Assembly (NCBI GenBank): GCA_963718915.1
Contig: CAVRAI010000006.1
Coordinates: 120,001-152,000 of the forward strand
Origin: an uncultured Chloroflexia bacterium
Lineage (GTDB): Bacteria; Chloroflexota; Ktedonobacteria; Ktedonobacterales; JADMIN01
Length of the DNA stretch: 32,000 nucleotides
Reading direction: 5' to 3'
Shown: one piece after another, positions 1 through 8,943 of the stretch
Layout of the letters: each line of letters begins with the position of its first letter
Numbering within the stretch: the first letter of the stretch is position 1
The notes under the pieces: model-generated
Told to the model about the DNA's origin: nothing
The model's database searches: none
Seen by the model: only the letters and a program-made list of their open reading frames with translations
Made by a program: the position numbers and the translations under genes

Positions 1-2
1 CA

Positions 3-1322
3 GTCGCCGCTGTCTATACGCAGCAGACGCCGCCCACCACCTTCACGTTCAATACCTATCCGCCTATCGCCAAGTTCGGCAATCCCGACCCACTCGATGT
101 AGATATGAACGCTGGTTCGCTGACCGAAGGCATTCAACTTGACGTGCCCCCTGGCCCGGCGGGCGCGATGCCGAATCTGACGCTGGCCTATAACAGCGCG
201 GCGGTGAACGAACAGCACAGCCCCCAGGGCGCGGCGGGCTGGGTGGGCGAGGGCTGGAGCCTCTCGCTCGGCTCGATCAGCTGGGCTGAGCACAATGTCG
301 TGCCCACCTGCACGACGAGCTGCACCAATAGCTGGCAGAGCCAGTGGATGCTGAACGATCCCTTCGGCACCAGCACAGAGCTGATTCCGCCTAATCTGGC
401 GACCTCGACCTACTATGACGACTCGAACAACTGGTGGTGCACGACCGGCAACGCCTCGTCTACCGCCTGCCCGATTCAATTCCAGACGGCCAATGAGAGC
501 TACGCCAAAGTCTATGCCTATGTTGGACCTACCAAAATTGGCACTCAGACCGATCCATTCCCCTGTTTCCGGGTCTATCTGCGGAACGGCGTCATGGAGG
601 AGTTTGGCTGCACCGCCGACTCGTTGCAGTATTATCCGCTGCTGTCTGGGTCGTTGCCGCACCAGGGCAACAGCAACGTGGTCTATCCCGTCGCCTGGAT
701 GCTCGATCTCATCACCAATCCGCAGGGTGGCCAGGTGCATATTACCTACCAGCGAGATATGGCGACCGCGTCTAACGGCGTCTCCTACCCCCGTGATGTC
801 GTTCCGTCGACCATCGAGTGGGACTCGCCCGACTGCAACAGCGCCAAGCTGCTGTGTCCCAGCTCGTCGTGGCATCCACACTACCGCGTCCAGTTCAGCG
901 CCACGCACTCGACGTACGTTGGGCACCCAGCGAATACGCCCACAGGCTGCAACACCGATTCGACGGTCCGCTGCGATGACCCGATGAACATCACAGGGGC
1001 GAATGGCTCGAACGCGCCGCTGGTGAATGGCGCCTTCGTGCTCAACGACGCCAATGTGCAGATCAACAACACCCCTGCGACCAGCTACAATAGCTCCTCG
1101 TGGAATACGGTGCGTGACTACCAGTTCAGCTATGAGCAGTCTGGCCCGACGACAATTGTCGATCCGGTGACCGGCAAGAACATTTCGAGCGCGGGCTATC
1201 TAGACCTCACGCAGTTCCAGGAGTTCGGCGACAACGGGACGTCGAGCTACTATCCGGCGATGAGCTTCGGCTACTCCAGCCAGACGGAATACTACGAGGA
1301 CGGCAGCTATACGCCGTACTAG
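3..1322 (+). pseudogene. Main rhs/Tc-type toxin gene, fragment 1 (SpvB/TcdB-like N-terminal region); 5' end lies upstream of the window
   Basis: Frame 3 is open from base 3 (VAAVYTQQTPPTTF...VDMNAGSLTEGIQLDVPPGPAGAMPNLTLAYNSAAVNEQHSPQGAAGWVGEGWSLSLGSISW). The L-x-Y-N-S ... G-x-G-W-x-L pattern is typical of SpvB/TcaC-type N-terminal regions that precede YD-repeat shells. The frame stops at TAG 1320-1322, but protein-like coding continues in frame 1 (TSTTFCGPSWNTGGNGGTCDLWSQSRDGNSRYLTTIDNGQGLHQSISW, about 1318-1465) and then in frame 2. Confidence 0.75.
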
Positions 1323-4036
1323 CACGACGTTCTGTGGCCCAAGCTGGAACACCGGCGGGAACGGGGGTACCTGCGACCTGTGGAGCCAGAGCCGGGATGG
1401 CAACAGCCGCTACCTGACCACGATCGATAACGGCCAGGGGCTGCACCAGTCGATCTCCTGGAGGTTATGCGCGCAACAACACCCACGGAGCCGGTACCTC
1501 GCATGGTGCTGATGACGTCAACCCGTTCTATTGCACCACGAACCCGACGGGATACCCATGCAACTCGGCTGACGATCAGGCGTGGAGCCGCATCGTGGTC
1601 ACCAGCCGTTCGGATTCCGTGCAGCAGCTCACCCAGGCGGGGCAGGGCGGGACGCTGACCTCGACCCCAATCACCAGCAACTGGACATACAACTACTACC
1701 TGTCATCCCTGACCGCGAAGGAATGCATCGACTGTGTGGCGGGCATGTACTGGGGCAACCAGAACGACGGCGACTACATGGACTACTACAACGGCAAGTT
1801 CATGGGTTTCGCCGAGGCGGATGTCTCGAACCCGGATGGGTCCGCCGAGAAGCATTTCTATGAGGCGACCGAGGGCTGGGGTGTCTATACCCTGAACACC
1901 ACATTGGTGCCAAGCTGTAACTCGACGCTGCCACCGATCCAGACCGCGTGCCAGCCTTCACCCTGGTGGGATGTGGCCAACGCCGGACATGGGCTGGAGA
2001 CAGAGGCGGACTACTACGACAGCGACACTGGCCATACCCTGCTCAAGAAGATAACCTCGACCTACAACGCCGTCTGCCCGCCAAGTGGGGTCAGCGCGAC
2101 GCCCGTGTACACTGGCAGTGGCAGCAGCTTCGGCCCCTGGGGGAGCAATCAGGTCAGCGAGCTAGACCACAACAACCCGGTGGCGGTCTGCGACGTGCAG
2201 AAGACACAGCAGGTGACGACCACCTATGACAGCAATGGCTTTGGCTCGGGTAATAGCATCAGCGAGACCGACAGCTACACTTATGACATCTATGGCATGG
2301 TCTCGCAGACGAAGCGGGTTAGCAGCAGCGGCGGCTCCAGCCCGACGACGATCTACGACAAGACCACCTTCATCCGCAACGACGGGCTGACCCTGCCACC
2401 CTCACAGCGCAACGGGACCAACCAGAGTCCCTCCACCGCGAACCCGACCTGGTGGAGCGGCGTCTATCTCGTCGAGTTGCCCGCCCTGGAGACGGTTGAG
2501 GATAGCAGCGGCAACGGTAACCGCTATAGCTGCAACTATACCCTCTACGATGGCATGGCGGTGTATACGATCAGCCAGACCAGCAGCCTGACGAAGGGCA
2601 ATGTGACCGAACAGGACACCTATACCAACTGCGGGACCGCGCCGAACTACACGACCAGTGGCAAGGTGGGCGCGACGACCAGTTACGACACGTATAGCAA
2701 CGCCACCGCAACCCAGGACCCCGACGCCGTCAACGGTGACGCCTCGCACAAGATTGCCAGCGGCAGTTGCTCGGGCCAGACGAACTGCACCCAGTACGAC
2801 GCGAACACCGCCGCCAAGACGACGGGCAGCAGCAGCGTAGGCAATCTGAACGACGCCAGCGCCTATGACACGACCGCCGGGGGCGGCTACGGACTCTGGC
2901 CGACCACGACGACCGACGCCAACGGCCAGACGACGACCTATACCTACGATGGGCTGGGACGCATGCAGACGATGGTTGCGCCGGGGCAGACCAGCGGCCC
3001 CGCCACCCAGACGACCGCCTATTACAACAATCTCTGCCCCGCTACCGGCGCTTCATCGCCCTGTGTCGAGGTCGATACGACAAGCCGGACCAGCAGCACG
3101 ACCAGCGTCCTGACCCGCCAGTTCTACGACGGCGAGAACCGGTTGGTGGAGACACGCACCGCCGCGCCTGGCGGGCAGGATGTTGTCCAGTACACGCTCT
3201 ACAATGCCGCCGGGCAGGCCGCGCAGTCGAGCGTCAAGTACTTCGTGACGGCCTATACCGGCCCGGGAGGCGTTACCGCCGCCTACTCGATTCCCGATAG
3301 CACGCAGGATGGCACGATCACGAGCTATGACGGCCTGGGGCGCATGATCCAGGCGCAGGATGCGCTCTCGAACGTCGGCCACATCGCCTACTCGATTGTC
3401 TGTAACGCGCCAGGGACGAGTGACTCCGCCTGCTACGAGCAGACGCTGGCCACCGACCCGAACAATCACCAGCAGGGCAGCCTGAGCGACGCCTTTGGCC
3501 GCGCGCTCTATGCCCAGCGCTACAGCGGCAACAGCCCGGCGACCTATGCCGTCTATAGCACGGCCAAGACCACCTACGACTTCCTGGGCCGGGTGACGCA
3601 GACCTTGCAGCCCGATGGCGTCAGCATGTCGACGGCGACCTATGACGCCGCCGGACACGTGACCAGCGCCACCGACCCGGATCGCGGGCTGACCAGCTTT
3701 ACGTATGACAGCAACGGCAACCTGACCCAGCAGACCGACGCCCGCTGCGGGACGAGCCTGCCGCAGACGGCGTGCGGCGCAGGGACGACCTACACCGGCT
3801 ATGATGGCCTCAACCGGCCGATCTGGCGCAACAACAGCAGCACACCGAGCGGGGCGTACGTCACCTATTCGTACGACGGCTCGCCCTTCGGCAATGGGAT
3901 GGGACATCTGACCGCCGAGGTCTTCCGTGGCAGCGCGGGAACTGGCCCCGCCCAATTCTCCGGCGCCTACACCTACGCCTATGATTCGCTGGGCCGCACC
4001 GTTCAAACCGACCAGACGATGGGCGGGGCGGGCGCG

Positions 4037-4600
4037 TGCCCACCCGGCTGGACCTGCCAGGATATTGGCGGCCCCGGGCAGGCGGGGAGCCAGAGCTACG
4101 CGGGCGACAGCCTCTGGACCGTCTCGGGCGGTGGGACGGATATCGTGGGGACGAGCGACCAGTTCCACTTCGTCTCCCAGAGCCAGGCGGGCGACGCGAC
4201 GCTCTCGGCCCATGTCGCCTCACAGACCACCACCGACCCCTGGGCCAAAGCTGGGGTGATGGTGCGCGCCACCGGCACGGGGGCCAACGCGCCGTTCTAT
4301 GCGGTGCTGGTCTCGCCGGGCAACGGCATCGCGGTGCAGTATCGTGATACGGCGGGCGGCACGGCAGTGCACCCGGCGAACGTCAACGGCGTGGCGGCGC
4401 CCGCTTATGTCGCCGTCGCGCGCGTGGGGACCACCTATAGCGGCTATACCTCCACGGATGGGACGAACTGGACCTTGATCCCTGGCTCCAGCCATACCAG
4501 CAGCGGCCTCAGCGGCAGCGTACAGATGGGGCTGGCGGTGACGGCGCACAACAACGCGACCGTCTCGACGGCGACCTTCGACACCGTCTCGCTCATGACC
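4037..4600 (+). other. ConA-like/LamG-type (DUF1349-like) beta-sandwich domain, copy 1, inserted in the Rhs shell
   Basis: CPPGWTCQDIGGPGQAGSQSYAGDSLWTVSGGGTDIVGTSDQFHFVSQSQAGDATLSAHVASQTTTDPWAKAGVMVRATGTGANAPFYAVLVSPGNGIAVQYRD...GTTYSGYTSTDGTNWT...VQMGLAVTAHNN...FDTVS. The pattern W..QDIG...G.G.DI.GTSDQF.F....GD....A.V..Q...WAKAGVM.R...Y......G...QYR matches what I recall from ConA-like lectin/glucanase-fold accessory domains. The family name is from memory, not from a search. Confidence 0.6.
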
Positions 4601-4615
4601 GGGGGCGCGAATGTC

Positions 4616-5165
4616 TGCCCGACCGGCTGGACCTGTCAGGATATCAACAGCCCAACGCCCGCTGGGAGCCAGAACTACCTCAACAACGGCGTCTGGATCA
4701 TCTCGGGCGCAGGCGCCAACATCTGGGGGACGAGCGACCAGTTCCACTACGTCTCGCAGGCCGTCGCCAGCGATGTCGCCTTCAGCGCCCATGTCGACTT
4801 GCAGACCAACACGAACTCGGTTGCCGAGGCGGGAGTGATGGTGCGCGGCAGTAGCGCCAATAACGCCCCCTACTACTTCGCGTTCGCCACCCCCAGCGGC
4901 GTCGTCTACGTCCAGTACCGTGACGCGGCGGGTAACACCGCCGCCACCCAGACGACCACTGCTGGGAGCGCACCGATCTACCTCAAGGTCGGACGGGTGG
5001 GAACCACCTACACTGCCTACACCTCCAGCGATGGCGTCACCTGGACGGCGATCTCCGGCTCGGCGCGCACCATGAGCAACCTGAGCGGCAGCGTGCAGAT
5101 CGGCCTGGCCGTCACCTCGCACAACAACGGGACACTCTCGCCCGACACCTTCGACCAGATTAGCG
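4616..5165 (+). other. ConA-like/LamG-type beta-sandwich domain, copy 2 (tandem with copy 1)
   Basis: CPTGWTCQDINSPTPAGSQNYLNNGVWIISGAGANIWGTSDQFHYVSQAVASDVAFSAHVDLQTNTNSVAEAGVMVRGSSANNAPYYFAFATPSGVVYVQYRD...GTTYTAYTSSDGVTWTAISGSARTMSNLSGSVQIGLAVTSHNNGTLSPDTFDQIS. It is colinear with copy 1 over its whole length. Confidence 0.6.
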
Positions 5166-5720
5166 AGACGCCGGGTAGTTCCCCAGTCTTCGCGCCGCCC
5201 GCTGCCGTCACCGTCACGCCCATCGCCGCCGCCGATGGCACGACCAGCTACCCCATTCAGACGGCCTACAACGACGCCAGCCAGCCGACGACGCTCACCT
5301 ACTCGGACAACGAGGTGGCCAGCTACGGCTACGACGGCGCCTCTGGCTGGCTTTCGAGCCTGAGCACGACCCCGGCAGGCGGCAGCGCGACCACGCTCCT
5401 GGGCAGCATTGGCTACAGCGGAGTCGGTGGGGCAGCGGGTCACGCCACCAGCGCGAGTGTCGGCGGCGGCACGTACACATTTAGCTCTAGCTATGACGCC
5501 GATGTCCGCCTGAGCAGCCTGAGCGTCTCGAACACCAGCACCAGCGCTGTGCTCTTCCAGAGCCAACGGGGCTATGACGCCGCCAGCAACGTGACCTCGG
5601 TCGCCACGACGCTCTCCGCCGGAACGGACAACCAGGCGTTCTGCTATGACGACCAGAACCGGCTGGTCTGGGCCGGATCGACCGGCACGCCGTCGTGCGG
5701 GAGCTCACTGACCGCCAGGG

Positions 5721-6222
5721 AGCCTGAGCAGCGCCAACTACACGCAAGCCTTTACCTACGACAATCTGGATCGGCTCACCAGTGGGCCGCTGGGCAGCTA
5801 TACCTATGGCGATAGCGCCCATCTGCATGCCGTCACCAGCATTGGCAGCGGTGCCGACCTATACCGCCAAATATGACGCGGTCGGCGACATGACCTGCCG
5901 TGCGCCTGATAACACGACGACCTGCGCGGGTACGCCAACAGGGGCACAACTGGGCTACGACAACGAGGGGCGACTCGCCACCTGGCAGAATGCGCCAAGC
6001 AGTCCGACCACCACTGATAGCTTCCTCTACGATGGGGCGGGCAACGGGTCGAGCAGTCGGTAACCATCAACGGCTCGATGACGACCACGACCACCTATGT
6101 GGCGGGCGGGCTGGAGGAGATCAGCGCCAATGGCGTAAGCACGACCACGACCACGTATTTCACGGGCGCAGATGGCTTGCCCACCGCCGAACGGGTGAGC
6201 ACGGGGAGCACGCCGGCCCATT
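5721..6222 (+). pseudogene. Main rhs gene, three short frame segments between closely spaced frameshifts
   Basis: Frame 3 reads SLSSANYTQAFTYDNLDRLTSGPLGSYTYGDSAHLHAVTSIGSG. Frame 1 reads PTYTAKYDAVGDMTCRAPDNTTTCAGTPTGAQLGYDNEGRLATWQNAPSSPTTTDSFLYDGAGN. Frame 3 then reads VEQSVTINGSMTTTTTYVAGGLEEISANGVSTTTTTYFTGADGLPTAERVSTGST. All three are colinear with the uninterrupted cassettes O4 and O5. The apparent 1-nt indels are near 5852 (ggtGccgac vs ggtccgac), 6045 (aacggg vs aaccggg) and 6212-6216. Confidence 0.7.
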
Positions 6223-7297
6223 GAGCTACCTAGCAACTGACGGGCAAGGGACGGTCAGCACATCGCTCGATAGCGCAGGGAATGTGACGAGCAGTCAGCT
6301 CTACACGCCGTATGGGAACGCGCGCTATAGCAGCGGCAGTTCGCCCACCACGCTGGGATATACGGGCCAACGCGCCGATAGCGCCACGGGGCTGGATTAC
6401 TACCAGGCGCGATATTACGATCCGGTGGCGGGCCAGTTTGCCTCTGCCGATTCGGTCGCTGATGGGCTGAATCGCTATGGGTATGTGGCAGGCAATCCGG
6501 CGACGGCGACCGATCCCAGCGGGCACTACCAGTGTTTCGATGACTCTTGCACGCGCGGAGGAGGCCACGGCGGCAATGGCACGAGTGGCAGTGGTAGCAA
6601 GAGTGACGGCGATGGAGGTGGTACTGGCACGCATGGATCCTGTAAGGAGAGTGCCTATCATCCAGAGTGCAAAGCGTATTATGATTGGCAGCGACAAAAT
6701 GAGCCGCTCCGCTGGGATGCGCTCAATGGCCTCCGTACTAAAGCGGGCATGCTCTTAATAGTTGCGGCAGCCGCGCTATTGCTTGCAGGTCTAGTTACAA
6801 TAACCGCGAGTCGTAATGCGGTCACGATATTCGATACTCTCCTAGACATGGGAGAGGGTATCTATGCGGGCCTTCTGGGCATTCATCTTCTTAGAAATGC
6901 CTCGTGGGATGTTAACTATGCCACAGGTGATGATCTGAATGCTGTATCATTCGCGCTGGCGGCCCTTACTTCCGCGGTCAACAGTGCTTTGGGAATCCTG
7001 GTCCAAATCGCAAAACTAGGCTGGCTTGGAAAAGCTCTTGAGGACGTAGCGCTGCCGGCAGCCATCGAAGCGGCCAAAACGGCTGCAACAGGTGGATTTA
7101 TGGGCATAGTGATTAGGCTAATCATAGATGCCGCCCAAGGTATGGTAGGCGTTGTAGCTACAGCAATAAGTCAAACCGTCTATGCGGCGGCTATGGCCGC
7201 AAAGATAGACTTTGACCAGAACCTGAACATGGACTTAGAAACGTGGTGTGGGCTGCATGATGGCGTCTGCACGAAGGCACCAAAGAACACTTATTGA
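6215..7297 (+). pseudogene. Main rhs gene, last fragment: RHS repeat-associated core plus C-terminal domain CT1 (6527-7297)
   Basis: GPLSYLATDGQGTVSTSLDSAGNVTSSQLYTPYGNARYSSGSSPTTLGYTGQRADSATGLDYYQARYYDPVAGQFASADSVADGLNRYGYVAGNPATATDPSGH is the canonical RHS core; DPSGH lies at 6512-6526. The unrelated CT1 follows: YQCFDDSCTRGG, a Gly/Ser-rich linker, then a long Ala/Gly/Ile/Leu/Val-rich region ending WCGLHDGVCTKAPKNTY. Confidence 0.8.
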
Positions 7298-7540
7298 GGA
7301 GCCTACCGTTCCCGCGTCGCAGTCGAGCTTCCGCCACGATCTATGCCAGCGCATAATCGATGTACAGAGGGCGTTATGAACTTGATGAGCCGGTCTCAGA
7401 CGCCCTAGAATGGCGATGGAGCGCTGGCGAGAGGATGAAGAAGGCATCGGCTCTCAAGGCTCCCAATTTCACCCAGGCTGTGGCGATCACGGGCGGCCCA
7501 AGGCCTTTCCTAACACCTGCGCAAAGGACGGAGAACTCGA

Positions 7541-7924
7541 TTGAGAGATACAAGTGCGATTGCGATTATATCAGGTATTACATTTGCCCTTGCAGGCCTT
7601 GCGTTTATGTTAATCGTTACACCGATGGCGGTGCGCTCGGTCTATACGCAAACGCCCAGGCAGTCACATCGATCATTCGGTCGCATAAGCGCATGGCTGG
7701 TGGCGCTAGGAACAGAGGCAACAGGATTAATACTCCTTGCTATTGGGGTAGTGTCTCTGCTGGGGTTGATAGATCACCGTATCTCCGAACTGGCCTTCGC
7801 TGCAATAGACGCGTTCATAGTGCCATATGGAGCACTATATTTACTGGTGTCAATATTGCTCGTGGCAATAGGCGTGTTGACATTATTCGTGGGCCGCATA
7901 GTTTCTCAACACCGCAACCGGTGA
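7541..7924 (+). CDS. Small multi-pass membrane protein; candidate immunity protein for CT1
   Basis: 127 codons with a TTG start and GGACGGAG 7 nt upstream. About four hydrophobic segments (AIAIISGITFALAGLAFMLIV, ISAWLVALGTEATGLILLAIGVVSLLGLI, AFAAIDAFIVPYGALYLLVSILLVAIGVLTLFV). It is the first plausible same-strand ORF after CT1. The immunity role is inferred from position only. It overlaps the 7360..7980 ORF, which looks like off-frame noise. Confidence 0.55.
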   Translation: MRDTSAIAIISGITFALAGLAFMLIVTPMAVRSVYTQTPRQSHRSFGRISAWLVALGTEATGLILLAIGVVSLLGLIDHRISELAFAAIDAFIVPYGALYLLVSILLVAIGVLTLFVGRIVSQHRNR

Positions 7925-8339
7925 CATCCACGCGCATAAAAACACCGGATGTCTCACATTGCGCCTATGACTATCTGTGACTACTGCGGCGATGTGGTTA
8001 CTGTCAAGGCGAGGTGTGAATGGAGTGAACTTCTGATTACGAACCAGACAGGCAAGTCAACTCAGCCGTAGTCATGAGGGAGAGTGATGTATATTATCTC
8101 CACAATCCGCCTAGAAGAAAGCGAGTTGACAGATGCGAGGTCTATGCTAGTAGGCTTCGTCAGGCACAGAGGATACATCCTGTTGCAGGCGCGGCAGCAG
8201 AGCAACGCCACCTGCGTTCCCTCTGGCGCATTGCAGCTTCCCCTGCTGGCAAGCACTGCACTGCTGGCGCTGTTGGTATTGCTGCTGGTTTCGTGCGCTA
8301 CTCGCGGTACTCTCACTACGCAAGGAAAGAAGGCCAGGG

Positions 8340-8936
8340 ATGGGACAGGCACACTATGAGACGCAACCTGGGGAGCAACACCTGCTAGCCAACGGCGCAC
8401 TCTCCCAGATCAGCAAAGCGTCACAAGCGTCACAAGTGTCACCCGACTTGTTCCACCTAGCTCTCAGGCTCATTGCCGAATTGGGCGCCTGCATACAGAT
8501 GATCGCCAGTGACCTCCTTCACGCGCACGAAGAAGCGCACGAGGCCCAAGACCTGGACCTAGCCGCGCACCGCTGGGCGCAGCACCTGCGGGCGGTAATC
8601 GCGTTGGTCGAAGAACTCGGGAACGGTAGCGCGAGGGAGAGGGAGAGAAGCGTCGGAATACCAACACTGCGCCCGCTAGTCGCTCCGTACGCTACTGCCA
8701 CGACGCAGACAGAACCAGGATCTTCCCGCCTGGCACGTCCGATGCGTCGCGCCCGTCCAACATCAGCATTGGCATCTCCAGTCCGGTTGACACCCCGCGA
8801 ACGCGAGGTGCTACGCCTGGCTGAACGCGGCTATCCGCCGCGCATAATTGCCAAGCGGCTCTATCTCTCGGTGGAGACCGTCTATACCCACCGGCGCAAC
8901 ATCCGCCGCAAACAACAGCAGCATGCCCAGCCGTGA
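8340..8936 (+). CDS. LuxR/GerE-family helix-turn-helix transcriptional regulator
   Basis: The C-terminal LTPREREVLRLAERGYPPRIIAKRLYLSVETVYTHRRNIRRK matches the LuxR/GerE-type HTH pattern (T.RE.EVL.L...G....IA..L..S..TV..H..NI..K). I do not recognise the N-terminal 140 aa. Confidence 0.7.
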   Translation: MGQAHYETQPGEQHLLANGALSQISKASQASQVSPDLFHLALRLIAELGACIQMIASDLLHAHEEAHEAQDLDLAAHRWAQHLRAVIALVEELGNGSARERERSVGIPTLRPLVAPYATATTQTEPGSSRLARPMRRARPTSALASPVRLTPREREVLRLAERGYPPRIIAKRLYLSVETVYTHRRNIRRKQQQHAQP

Positions 8937-8943
8937 AGTGGGG

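Larger units (their letters stand above)
1469..5815 (+). pseudogene. Main rhs gene, fragment 2: YD-repeat shell carrying two inserted ConA-like domains
   Basis: This is the 1595..5815 ORF. Its frame is already protein-like from about 1469 (GGYARNNTHGAGTSHGADDVNPFYCTTNPTGYPCNSADDQAWSRIVV...). It has many canonical YD repeats: YTYDGLGRMQTM, TSYDGLGRMIQAQD, TTYDFLGRVTQT, ATYDAAGHVTSATDPDRGLTSFTYDSNGNLTQQTD, YTGYDGLNRPIWR, YAYDSLGRTVQT. It leaves the conserved frame near 5715-5720, where it reads GSSLTAREPEQRQLH while the paralogous cassettes read GSSLTAGSLSSANYTQ. Confidence 0.85.

Noticed and set aside
3053-5566. Long minus-strand ORFs (3053..4213, 386 aa; 4220..5566, 448 aa) antisense to the rhs gene.
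   Set aside because: Their translations are Arg/Ala/Gly/Pro-rich with no recognisable motifs. This is the usual antisense-frame artefact of GC-rich coding DNA, and the + strand carries clear YD-repeat and domain signatures.
7360-7980. 206-aa + strand ORF overlapping the 7541..7924 membrane-protein ORF.
   Set aside because: It is Arg-rich with irregular composition and no hydrophobic or motif structure. The alternative frame gives a coherent multi-pass membrane protein with an RBS.
7967-8071. 34-codon ORF MTICDYCGDVVTVKARCEWSELLITNQTGKSTQP with a C-x-x-C motif, possibly a zinc-ribbon-like microprotein.
   Set aside because: It is too short to support from sequence alone. There is no clear RBS, and a single C-x-x-C plus one more Cys is not diagnostic.
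8062-8400. Three mutually overlapping ORFs (8084..8359 +, 8074..8388 +, 8062..8400 -), one containing an LLVSC lipobox-like string.
   Set aside because: The lipobox-like motif lies about 70 residues from the N-terminus. None of the frames has family motifs, and they exclude one another. This is more likely the upstream region of the LuxR gene.
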